Made by a program: the position numbers and the translations under genes
Assembly: GCA_001898465.1 (NCBI GenBank)
Contig: MKTX01000003.1
Span: 123,684 to 187,683, forward strand
Direction of reading: 5' to 3'
Source: Sphingobacteriales bacterium 39-19
GTDB lineage: Bacteria > Bacteroidota > Bacteroidia > Chitinophagales > Chitinophagaceae
Length of the DNA stretch: 64,000 nt
Shown here: piece by piece, positions 30,341 to 38,588 of the stretch
Position numbering within the stretch: the stretch's first letter is position 1
Layout: each line of letters opens with the position of its first letter
The notes under the pieces: model-generated
Seen by the model: the letters and a program-made list of their open reading frames with translations, nothing else
Databases searched by the model: none
Told to the model about the DNA's origin: nothing

Positions 30341-30403
30341 AAAATATTTACTTTTTAAGGACTAATATCCGCTTTTTTTTCGAATAAATTAAATATTTCT
30401 CCC

Positions 30404-30411
30404 TATCTTTG
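30404..30411 (+). promoter_or_regulatory. TAnnTTTG -7 box upstream of infA
   Basis: TATCTTTG at 30404-30411, 13 nt before the ATG at 30425. Confidence 0.55.
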
Positions 30412-30424
30412 CGCTCCGAAAATT

Positions 30425-30643
30425 ATGGCTAAACAGGCATTAATCAAACAAGATGGTACTATAATAGAAGCATTGAGCAATGCTATGTTTAAAGTAAAAC
30501 TGGAAAACGGCCACGAAATACTGGCCACCATATCAGGTAAAATGAGGATGCATTACATCCGTATTTTACCGGGTGATAAAGTAGGGGTAGAAATGAGTCC
30601 TTACGATTTAACGAGGGGCCGGATAATTTTCAGGTATAAATAA
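30425..30643 (+). CDS. infA: Translation initiation factor IF-1
   Basis: 72 aa S1-like fold. [53 protein letters not shown]... Confidence 0.97.
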   Translation: MAKQALIKQDGTIIEALSNAMFKVKLENGHEILATISGKMRMHYIRILPGDKVGVEMSPYDLTRGRIIFRYK

Positions 30644-30691
30644 AAGATATTTTTTTTTGATAACTAAAGTATAACAAGTAAAACAGAAATC

Positions 30692-30808
30692 ATGAAGGTA
30701 AGAGCTTCAATAAAAAAACGCAGTGTAGATTGCAAGATTGTGAGGAGAAAGGGACGCCTGTATGTAATCAACAAAAAAAATCCACGCTTTAAACAAAAGC
30801 AAGGGTAA
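30692..30808 (+). CDS. rpmJ: 50S ribosomal protein L36
   Basis: My translation is [38 protein letters not shown] (38 aa). Too short for the ORF track. Canonical position between infA and rpsM. Confidence 0.95.
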   Translation: MKVRASIKKRSVDCKIVRRKGRLYVINKKNPRFKQKQG

Positions 30809-30844
30809 TTGTAATTTTTAAATTATTTAATCTTAATATTTAAT

Positions 30845-31225
30845 ATGGCTCGTATTGCCGGTATAGATTTACCAAAAAATAAAAGAGGAGAAATAGGGCT
30901 TACCTATATATATGGTATTGGTCCTTCTACTGCTAAGTATATTTTAACGAAAGCAGGGATTGATTTAAATAAAAAAGTGAACCAGTGGAATGATGATGAG
31001 CAAACTGCAATTCGTAATATCATTAATAGTGAGTTTAAAACAGAAGGTGCTTTAAGGAGTGAAACTCAAATGAGCATTAAACGTTTACTTGATATTGCCT
31101 GCTACCGGGGTATTCGCCATCGTAAAGGATTGCCGGTTCGTGGCCAGCGTACCCGTACCAACAGCCGTACCCGTAAAGGAAAGCGTAAAACAGTTGCGGG
31201 TAAAAAGAAAGTGGCTAAAAAATAA
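30845..31225 (+). CDS. rpsM: 30S ribosomal protein S13
   Basis: [14 protein letters not shown]... with a basic C-terminal tail, 126 aa. Confidence 0.97.
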   Translation: MARIAGIDLPKNKRGEIGLTYIYGIGPSTAKYILTKAGIDLNKKVNQWNDDEQTAIRNIINSEFKTEGALRSETQMSIKRLLDIACYRGIRHRKGLPVRGQRTRTNSRTRKGKRKTVAGKKKVAKK

Positions 31226-31395
31226 TTTGAATAAGGGGCTTTTACTTTTGGCTTTGCCGGAAATAAGAACCCATTTTAAATATACGGCTTGATTTTTCAG
31301 CACCAGCGCCGGATCGTGTAAGCCCACAGGAGGGTTGGTACTGTTCGATAATTTTATCGGATTTATTTTAAAAAGATTACCTATTTATTAAAATT

Positions 31396-31803
31396 ATGGC
31401 AAAAGCACAAGGCGCTAAAACAGGAAAAGCGGCCGCTAAAAAAAGAGTAGTAAAAGTGGATGCACACGGAGACGCTCATATTGTAGCGAGTTTCAACAAC
31501 ATCATTATTAGTTTAACCAATAAGCAAGGCCAAACCATATCATGGTCTTCTGCCGGTAAAATGGGCTTCAAAGGAAGTAAGAAAAATACTCCTTATGCAG
31601 CTCAAATGGCAGCCGCCGATGCCGCTAAAATTGCTTTGGATGCAGGCTTAAAAAGAGTAGATGTATTAGTAAAAGGACCGGGCAGTGGCCGGGAAGGCGC
31701 TATTCGTTCGCTTTCTCAAAACGGCATCGAAATATCTTCTATTAAAGATATTACGCCCATGCCGCACAATGGTTGCCGGCCTCCTAAAAAGAGAAGAGTA
31801 TAA
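31396..31803 (+). CDS. rpsK: 30S ribosomal protein S11
   Basis: [27 protein letters not shown]...[11 protein letters not shown]...[17 protein letters not shown]. Confidence 0.97.
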   Translation: MAKAQGAKTGKAAAKKRVVKVDAHGDAHIVASFNNIIISLTNKQGQTISWSSAGKMGFKGSKKNTPYAAQMAAADAAKIALDAGLKRVDVLVKGPGSGREGAIRSLSQNGIEISSIKDITPMPHNGCRPPKKRRV

Positions 31804-31937
31804 TTTACCTGCAGCAACGCAGGCAACAACATATTGAATCGCCATACGATTCATTTTAACAAAGGGTGGACAATTCATTTTTTACGATTTTTTACTGATT
31901 GTTTCACCGTTACAAAAAAAATCGAAATGATAAAATT

Positions 31938-32543
31938 ATGGCACGTTACACTGGTCCAAAGACCAAAATCTCCCGCATATTTGGGGAGCCAATTACAGGA
32001 AACGGGAAATGGTTAACTAAAAACAGTAACCCGCCCGGGCAACACGGGGCTACCCGTAAACGCAAAACCTTAGGTGAATATGCTTTGCAGCTGAAAGAAA
32101 AGCAAAAAGCAAAATATACTTACGGGTTATTGGAAAAACAATTCCGCAGAACATTTGAAGAAGCCAGCCGACAAAAAGGGGTTACCGGCGAAAACCTTAT
32201 TAAATTATTAGAAGCCCGTTTAGACAATACCGTTTTTAGAATGGGTATTGCACCCAGCCGCCAGGCAGCCCGCCAGTTGGTAAGCCACAAGCATATCACG
32301 GTGAATGGCGATGTATTAAACATTCCATCTTACAGTTGCAAACCCGGAGATGTGATCGCTTTTAAAAATAAAAGTGCTGTAAACAGCTCGCTTACCAGTG
32401 CCGTAAGAGGTAAAAATCCAAAATTTAATTGGGTTGACTGGAATGAAACAGAAATGAAAGGTACTTTTATTACATATCCCGAAAGAGAAAGCGTTCCTGA
32501 AAATATTAAGGAATCACTTATTGTGGAATTGTATAGTAAGTAA
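31938..32543 (+). CDS. rpsD: 30S ribosomal protein S4
   Basis: [19 protein letters not shown]... with an S4 RNA-binding domain ([31 protein letters not shown]). ATG at 31938 preferred over the upstream start at 31899. Confidence 0.97.
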   Translation: MARYTGPKTKISRIFGEPITGNGKWLTKNSNPPGQHGATRKRKTLGEYALQLKEKQKAKYTYGLLEKQFRRTFEEASRQKGVTGENLIKLLEARLDNTVFRMGIAPSRQAARQLVSHKHITVNGDVLNIPSYSCKPGDVIAFKNKSAVNSSLTSAVRGKNPKFNWVDWNETEMKGTFITYPERESVPENIKESLIVELYSK

Positions 32544-32613
32544 TTTACCGCAGCAGCTTTTGGTTGCTGCTCCATAGCATCACATTTAACACACAAACAA
32601 CTAAAAATTTAAT

Positions 32614-33609
32614 ATGGCCATTTTAAATTTTGTAAAACCCGATAAAATTGTTCTTCAAAAAGCAAATGACTTTGAAGCGCAATTTGAATTTCGCCCGCTA
32701 GAACCGGGATATGGTGTAACGATTGGTAATGCTCTTCGCAGGGTATTACTGAACTCCCTGGAAGGGTATGCCATTACGGGAATCAATATTGCCGGGGCAG
32801 ATCATGAATTTGCGACCATCAAAGGAATTACCGAAGATGTTACAGAAATAATCTTAAACCTGAAACAGGTACGTTTTAAATCGAAAGTAGAAAATGAAGT
32901 AAGCAATGAAAAGATTTCGCTCTCTATTAAAAATAAAACAGAATTTACAGCAGGTATGATTGGCGAAGCCTCACCCGCTTTTGAAGTAATGAATCCGGAA
33001 TTATTGATTTGTACCTTAGATAGTACGGCAAAATTAGATATTGAAATTACCATTGGCAAAGGCCGTGGTTATGTACCTGCAGAAGAACATAAAGAAAAGA
33101 ATACCCATTTTGGATATATCCCCGTTGATTCTATTTTTACCCCCATCAAAAATGTAAGATACATTATTGAAAATACCCGGGTAGAACAACGCACCGATTT
33201 TGAAAAATTGGTGATGGAAGTAATCACCGATGGTACCATTCATCCCGAAGAAGCCGTAAAACAGGCCAGCCGTATTCTCATTCAGCACCTCATGATCATT
33301 ACGGATGAAAATATCACTTTCGATACAAAAGAAGATAAAAAAGAAGACCTGGTTGATGAACAAACACTGCAGTTGCGTAAAATGCTGAAAACACCGTTAG
33401 AAGATCTTGACCTTTCTGTACGGGCATTTAATTGCTTAAAAGCAGCTAAAATAAATTCATTAAGTGAATTGGTTCAGTACGAACAGGAAGATCTGATGAA
33501 ATTCCGCAATTTTGGTCAAAAATCATTAAGCGAAATAGACCAGGTATTACAAGAAAGAGGTTTAAGCTTTGGTATGGATCTCAGCAAACTTAAATTAGAT
33601 GATGAATAG
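32614..33609 (+). CDS. rpoA: DNA-directed RNA polymerase subunit alpha
   Basis: The N-terminal domain (FRPLEPGYGVTIGNALRRVLLNSLEG) and the C-terminal alpha-CTD (LDLSVRAFNCLKAAKINSLSELV) are both present. Confidence 0.97.
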   Translation: MAILNFVKPDKIVLQKANDFEAQFEFRPLEPGYGVTIGNALRRVLLNSLEGYAITGINIAGADHEFATIKGITEDVTEIILNLKQVRFKSKVENEVSNEKISLSIKNKTEFTAGMIGEASPAFEVMNPELLICTLDSTAKLDIEITIGKGRGYVPAEEHKEKNTHFGYIPVDSIFTPIKNVRYIIENTRVEQRTDFEKLVMEVITDGTIHPEEAVKQASRILIQHLMIITDENITFDTKEDKKEDLVDEQTLQLRKMLKTPLEDLDLSVRAFNCLKAAKINSLSELVQYEQEDLMKFRNFGQKSLSEIDQVLQERGLSFGMDLSKLKLDDE

Positions 33610-33697
33610 GATTTCATTGATCATTCCATAAATTAAATATTTTATCAGGTACCTCACAATTCCTGACCCGGTGTGAGGGAATAAAAACTAAAACGTC

Positions 33698-34462
33698 ATG
33701 CGTCACGGAAACAAAAAAAACAATTTAAGCCGCACAGCTTCACATAGAAAAGCTTTATTGGCAAACCTGGGCAGCCAGTTGATCGAACACAAAAGGATTA
33801 CAACTACTTTGGCAAAAGCAAAAGCTTTACGTACTTATATCGAGCCACTTATTACAAAAACGAAAGCCACCAGCAGCGCTGCCGTTATCTCTCATAATCA
33901 CCGTATCGTTTTTAGTCATTTAAACGATAAGGCAGCGGTAAAAGAATTGTTTACCGTGGTAGGGCCCAAAGTGGCCGCACGCCCCGGGGGTTATACCCGC
34001 ATTATTAAACTAGGAACCCGTGTAGGTGATAATGCTGAACTGGCCATGATTGAGTTGGTTGACTTTAATGAAATATACGGTAAAGGGATTAGCACAGAAG
34101 TTACTCCTGCTAAGAAAACACGCCGCAGCAGCGCCAAAAAGAAAACTGAAGGAACTGAAACAGCTTCTGAAGGAACTGAAAAAGCGCCCCGTAAAAAAGC
34201 AGCTAAAGGCGATGATTTGAAACTCATTGAAGGAATTGGCCCTAAAGGAGAAGAAGTGTTACATGCTGCAGGCATCAAAACATTTGCTGACCTGGCCGGA
34301 ACATCTGCAGAAAAAATTAAAGAAATTTTAGATGCCTCCGAAGGCCACTTTAATGCAGCAGATACTACTACCTGGGCACAGCAAGCACAAATGGCCGCTG
34401 ATGGCAAGTTTGATGAGCTAAAAGCCTGGCAGGAAGATTTAAAAGGCGGAAAAGAAGCATAA
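33698..34462 (+). CDS. rplQ: 50S ribosomal protein L17 with a ~126-aa C-terminal extension (K/A/T/E-rich linker plus helix-hairpin-helix-like domain)
   Basis: The first ~128 aa align with canonical L17 ([24 protein letters not shown]...[26 protein letters not shown]). One continuous frame then continues for 126 more residues. Confidence 0.9.
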   Translation: MRHGNKKNNLSRTASHRKALLANLGSQLIEHKRITTTLAKAKALRTYIEPLITKTKATSSAAVISHNHRIVFSHLNDKAAVKELFTVVGPKVAARPGGYTRIIKLGTRVGDNAELAMIELVDFNEIYGKGISTEVTPAKKTRRSSAKKKTEGTETASEGTEKAPRKKAAKGDDLKLIEGIGPKGEEVLHAAGIKTFADLAGTSAEKIKEILDASEGHFNAADTTTWAQQAQMAADGKFDELKAWQEDLKGGKEA

Positions 34463-34482
34463 TGAAAAATAATTCTTAATAT

Positions 34483-34514
34483 AAAGGCAAACTCTTTCAG
34501 TTTGCCTTTTTTTT
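34483..34514 (+). terminator. Rho-independent terminator after rplQ
   Basis: AAAGGCAAAC-TCTTTCA-GTTTGCCTTT followed by TTTTT. Confidence 0.8.
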
Positions 34515-34580
34515 GTGATGTTGGTAATCGGGGTAAAACCCATGGCAACAAATTATTTTCTTTGTAATAATTTTGAAAAT

Positions 34581-35672
34581 ATGAATCAACAGAAGCAAGC
34601 CATATTGTTATTGGCAGATGGAACTACACTTACCGGTAAGGCATTTGGTAAAATAGGTACCAGTACTGGTGAAATTTGTTTTAATACGGGTATGACGGGG
34701 TACCAGGAAGTATTTACCGATCCCAGTTATTATGGCCAAATTCTTATTATGAATGCGGTGCATGTAGGCAACTACGGCGTAAAACCCGAAGACGTAGAAA
34801 GTAACAGTGTAAAAGTGAAAGGCGTAATTGGATGTAACCTGGAGGAAAGATACAGCCGTAAATTATCGGATAAATCATTACAGGAATATTTTGAAGAACA
34901 AAATGTAGTAGCCATTGACCGGGTAGATACCCGTGCCCTCGTTTCACATGTAAGAAATTTTGGCGCTATGAATTGTGTTATCTCTTCAGAAATTACAGAT
35001 ATTCATGAATTGCAAAATGTATTAAACCTGGTTCCTGATATGAATGGCCTGGAGCTGGCATCGCAAGTAAGTACAACAGAAGAATATACTTTAGGCAACC
35101 CCGCTAGCGCCTGCCGTGTTGCAGTTTTGGATTTCGGGATCAAAAAAAATATTTTAAACTGCCTGGTTGACCGGGGTGCCTATGTAAAAGTTTTTCCTGC
35201 CAAAACAAATTTTGAAACTCTGGAAGCATTTGAGCCGCACGGTTATTTTATTAGTAACGGCCCCGGGGATCCATCACCCATGGCATATGCGGTACAAACA
35301 GTAAAAAACATATTAAATACCAATAAACCATTTTTTGGTATCTGCCTGGGACACCAGTTACTGGCTTTGGCAAATGATATTCCTACCTTTAAAATGCATC
35401 ATGGTCACCGGGGATTAAATCATCCTGTAAAAAATATAATAACGGGTAAATGTGAGATCACAACGCAAAATCATGGTTTTGGAGTACAACCCGATGCAGT
35501 AAAGGCCAATCCCAATATTGAGATCACGCATGTGAATTTAAATGATAATAGTATTGAAGGCATTCGGTTAAAAAATAAAAAAGCATTTTCCGTACAATAC
35601 CACCCCGAAGCTACACCCGGTCCGCACGATAGCCGTTATTTATTTGATGATTTTATTGGGATGATGCAATAA
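34581..35672 (+). CDS. carA: Carbamoyl-phosphate synthase small (glutaminase) subunit
   Basis: N-terminal CPSase small-chain domain (LLLADGTTLTGKAFG...GEICFNTGMTGYQE) and a class-I amidotransferase triad context (GICLGHQLL, ...QYHPE). ATG at 34581. Confidence 0.95.
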   Translation: MNQQKQAILLLADGTTLTGKAFGKIGTSTGEICFNTGMTGYQEVFTDPSYYGQILIMNAVHVGNYGVKPEDVESNSVKVKGVIGCNLEERYSRKLSDKSLQEYFEEQNVVAIDRVDTRALVSHVRNFGAMNCVISSEITDIHELQNVLNLVPDMNGLELASQVSTTEEYTLGNPASACRVAVLDFGIKKNILNCLVDRGAYVKVFPAKTNFETLEAFEPHGYFISNGPGDPSPMAYAVQTVKNILNTNKPFFGICLGHQLLALANDIPTFKMHHGHRGLNHPVKNIITGKCEITTQNHGFGVQPDAVKANPNIEITHVNLNDNSIEGIRLKNKKAFSVQYHPEATPGPHDSRYLFDDFIGMMQ

Positions 35673-36074
35673 GTATGCGCATAATGGCACAAGTGTTTTT
35701 TGCTTTTCAGGAAAACATACTTGAGCTAACGCAGCTAAGCTGTATGGAAGTGAATGTATGGGTATCCTTTGATCCGCCATATTGGAATACTCATGAATTC
35801 AATTTATGTGGTATAATTACACATAATTAATTCATTGTTACTGTTATGAGTAAACTTTTATGGATATATTCCAGGTAGCGCTTCCAAATGTTATTAATTG
35901 ATAGTTCCCATAAATTATTTACTAATACAGTTTTATTTTCAAATTTTCAGACCCAACAAAAGGAGAATAAGTGGAGGTAATATTATCTTTTTGTTCGAAT
36001 GTTGCTTTTAGTTCAATCAGGTTTTCTGGAATGGCCATTTTTACCAAAACACAATACTATGTGATGTAAATAGT

Positions 36075-36311
36075 TTGAAAAATTATTTTAATTTAAATTA
36101 TGGTGTTGCATTTAAAGAAAATAATAGGGATAGTATTCTATATTTTGTAACTGATAGAAATATAATATTTTCTAGAGGGAAATACATGGATAATAGATAC
36201 GATAATGTGCTTCAGCCTGATGTGATTTCATTTATCAAATCAAATAAAGATATATTGAATACCTGGTTTTATAATGAAGCAAAAAACAGGAATATTATTA
36301 ATGAACATTAA
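36075..36311 (+). CDS. Orphan 78-aa ORF in a ~20 % G+C island; may not be a real gene
   Basis: TTG start, N/K/I/Y-rich and no recognisable motif. It is the only ORF of 60 aa or more in the 1.1-kb carA-mqnD gap. Confidence 0.25.
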   Translation: MKNYFNLNYGVAFKENNRDSILYFVTDRNIIFSRGKYMDNRYDNVLQPDVISFIKSNKDILNTWFYNEAKNRNIINEH

Positions 36312-36500
36312 ATTTCAACTCCCTACTTAATTTTTATTTTTAAACCCCACTGGTGCAATTGTTCCCATACGTTACTAAAAACTATAATCATTTATATACC
36401 CCACATCCCCCCAATTAAAATCTTGCCATAAACAATACCATGTGGAGTAGTATTACAAACGCCCATGCTACCAGGGAACAAAAGATGATTAAAGTTGTTT

Positions 36501-36552
36501 CCCGAAACCGGGCTGTATATCGGTTTCGGGGGCCTCTTTTTGTTCCTTTTTT
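36501..36552 (+). terminator. Terminator-like hairpin (10-bp perfect stem) plus T-rich tract
   Basis: CCCGAAACCG-(10 nt loop)-CGGTTTCGGG followed by GGCCTCTTTTTGTTCCTTTTTT. A second hairpin, TTCCTTTTT/AAAAAGGAA, lies at 36543-36569. Confidence 0.4.
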
Positions 36553-36765
36553 GGGCAAGCAAAAAGGAAATTACAAAATAGCTGAGGGTAAAAAGTAGTG
36601 GATTATTCTTTATATTTTAAAATTATTATTTTCCCTGTACACATTCCTCATTAAATATTCCTACTTTGGCAGGTGTTCCGCAGAATCAGTTTTGATATTT
36701 TGAAAAACCGGTCTGCGAACGGGGCGCAGCATTTCTATAATTTGTAAATAAGATATTCTTTCCAG

Positions 36766-37599
36766 CTATTTTTCCTCTACAAAAATCCCCTCCCGATTTA
36801 GCGAAATATTATTTAGCTGCCCATATACATCCATTAGGCGCAGCACGGCCTTGTGGCCGGTGAGCCCCAGGTTTTTGGAGTAATCGTTTACGTACAATTC
36901 AATATGTTTTCGCATAACCTCTTCACTCATTTCCTGCGAATGGCTGCGTATATAATCATTCAGTTGCGGCCAATTTGCATAGGCAAGCTCAATACTTTTT
37001 CTTATGAGCCGGTCTATTTTTATTTGTGTTGATCTGTCTGTTTTTTTTGAAATCACTATGCCACCAAGCGGTATGGGTGCTTTTATTTGTTGTTCCCAAA
37101 AATCGCCGAGGTCTATTATTTTATGCAAGCCTTTTTCTGCGTAGGTAAAACGGTTTTCATGAATGATAACCCCGGGGCCTTTACCGCTCAGTACATAATC
37201 TTCTATTTGATCGTAACGTAAATATATTTTGTTTTTATGTTGTGGATAAGCCAGTGAGAAAAGGAGATGAGCCGTTGTGTTTTCACCGGGAATGGCAATG
37301 GTTTTTACTGATAATTCCGCATCGCTTACTTTATTTTTTGCGATCAGCAATGGGCCTACTCCATTGCCCAGTGCGCTGCCGCTATTTAAAACTTTATATT
37401 GTGCTATAACCAAAGGTAGCACCCCATAACTAATTTTAGAAACGGGTAATTTTCCTTGTATTGCCCATTCGTTAAGGGTTTGTACATCTTCCAGTACCGG
37501 TGAAAAATGTATTCCTTCGGTATCTATCTTTTTGTTTACAAGGGCATCAAAAATAAAAGTATCATTGGGGCAGGGAGAAAAGCCGATGGGTATATTCAT
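36766..37599 (-). CDS. mqnD: 1,4-dihydroxy-6-naphthoate synthase (futalosine menaquinone pathway)
   Basis: N-terminal IGFSPCPNDTFIFDALV is typical of MqnD (periplasmic-binding-protein-like fold). 277 aa. Confidence 0.82.
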   Translation of the reverse strand: MNIPIGFSPCPNDTFIFDALVNKKIDTEGIHFSPVLEDVQTLNEWAIQGKLPVSKISYGVLPLVIAQYKVLNSGSALGNGVGPLLIAKNKVSDAELSVKTIAIPGENTTAHLLFSLAYPQHKNKIYLRYDQIEDYVLSGKGPGVIIHENRFTYAEKGLHKIIDLGDFWEQQIKAPIPLGGIVISKKTDRSTQIKIDRLIRKSIELAYANWPQLNDYIRSHSQEMSEEVMRKHIELYVNDYSKNLGLTGHKAVLRLMDVYGQLNNISLNREGIFVEEK

Positions 37600-37730
37600 C
37601 TCATTTTTTTTAAATACTATTTACAAATTTACAACATGCCTGAAGAATAGTAAATACCGTGTTTACAAAATCAGGCGGGGGATAACAAAAAAGATGGTGA
37701 ATCTTATTTAACTTGCATATAAAAAATAAT

Positions 37731-38225
37731 ATGGCCGCACAAGTAGGAATTATTATGGGAAGCCAAAGTGATTTACCTGTTATGCAGGCAGCCGGAGATA
37801 TCCTGAAGCAATTTGGAATTGAATGTGAAATGATGATTGTATCTGCCCATCGTACACCCGACCGGATGCGTAGCTATGCAACCGAAGCGTATGACAGGGG
37901 TATCCGGGTTATAATAGCCGGTGCCGGCGGAGCAGCTCATTTACCGGGTATGGTTGCTGCTTACACATGCCTGCCCGTGATTGGCGTGCCTGTAAAATCA
38001 TCGAACTCAATAGATGGGTGGGATTCTGTACTTTCCATATTACAAATGCCCGGCGGTGTACCCGTAGCAACCGTAGCTTTAAACGGGGCCAAAAATGCCG
38101 GTATTTTAGCTGCCCAAATTTTAGCTTGCAGCAATGAAAAGGTATATCAAAAATTACTTCAATATAAGGAGGAATTAAGGGCCGGGGTCATGCTTATGCA
38201 GGATCAAATTAAACCGAATTCCTAA
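37731..38225 (+). CDS. purE: 5-(carboxyamino)imidazole ribonucleotide mutase
   Basis: [21 protein letters not shown] and [13 protein letters not shown] motifs. 164 aa from the ATG at 37731. Confidence 0.95.
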   Translation: MAAQVGIIMGSQSDLPVMQAAGDILKQFGIECEMMIVSAHRTPDRMRSYATEAYDRGIRVIIAGAGGAAHLPGMVAAYTCLPVIGVPVKSSNSIDGWDSVLSILQMPGGVPVATVALNGAKNAGILAAQILACSNEKVYQKLLQYKEELRAGVMLMQDQIKPNS

Positions 38226-38568
38226 TTTTTTTCATTTGTAAAGAAGCACCTGCAGCAGCAGCAAAACCCGCTACTATGCCGCCTACCAGCCCGGTAACCA
38301 GCATGAGCATAAAGGGATTATCCGTTTGTAAAATAATTTGCGAAACTTTATGAGCCAGAATATCTTCATTTTTTGAACTAATGTATTGGCTTAGTGCAAA
38401 CCATAAAATAAAGATGGCTAAAAATCCACTTAAAAATGCCCAGCCTATTTTTTGAGAAATGAAAAAGGCAACTAAAAATGCTGCTAGGGCAATGGACCAC
38501 CAGGGTAAAAATAAGCAGGCAGCATAACTTAATAATGCAGTTAGTAAAAGGGATGATATAAATTTCAT
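38209..38568 (-). CDS. Small integral membrane protein (4 predicted TM), unknown function
   Basis: 119 aa and almost entirely hydrophobic. The 3' end overlaps the purE 3' end by 17 nt (convergent). Confidence 0.5.
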   Translation of the reverse strand: MKFISSLLLTALLSYAACLFLPWWSIALAAFLVAFFISQKIGWAFLSGFLAIFILWFALSQYISSKNEDILAHKVSQIILQTDNPFMLMLVTGLVGGIVAGFAAAAGASLQMKKIRNSV

Positions 38569-38588
38569 GAATATTTTTTTTATAGAGG

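Noticed and set aside
33991-34551. 186-aa minus-strand ORF
   Set aside because: It is antisense to the Lys/Ala-rich extension of rplQ and crosses the rplQ terminator. Low-complexity sense sequence commonly opens antisense frames. It has no motif.
35684-36038. 50-aa plus-strand (35684-35836) and 38-aa minus-strand (35922-36038) mini-ORFs as real genes
   Set aside because: They are too short, have no motif and lie in a ~20 % G+C stretch where random ORFs are stop-poor only by chance. They are kept as part of the island finding rather than annotated as CDS.
35673-36765. Insertion sequence, MITE, integrase remnant or tRNA at the AT-rich island
   Set aside because: I found no terminal inverted repeats, flanking direct repeats, transposase- or integrase-like translation, or tRNA-like GGTTCGAATCC T-arm sequence by eye.
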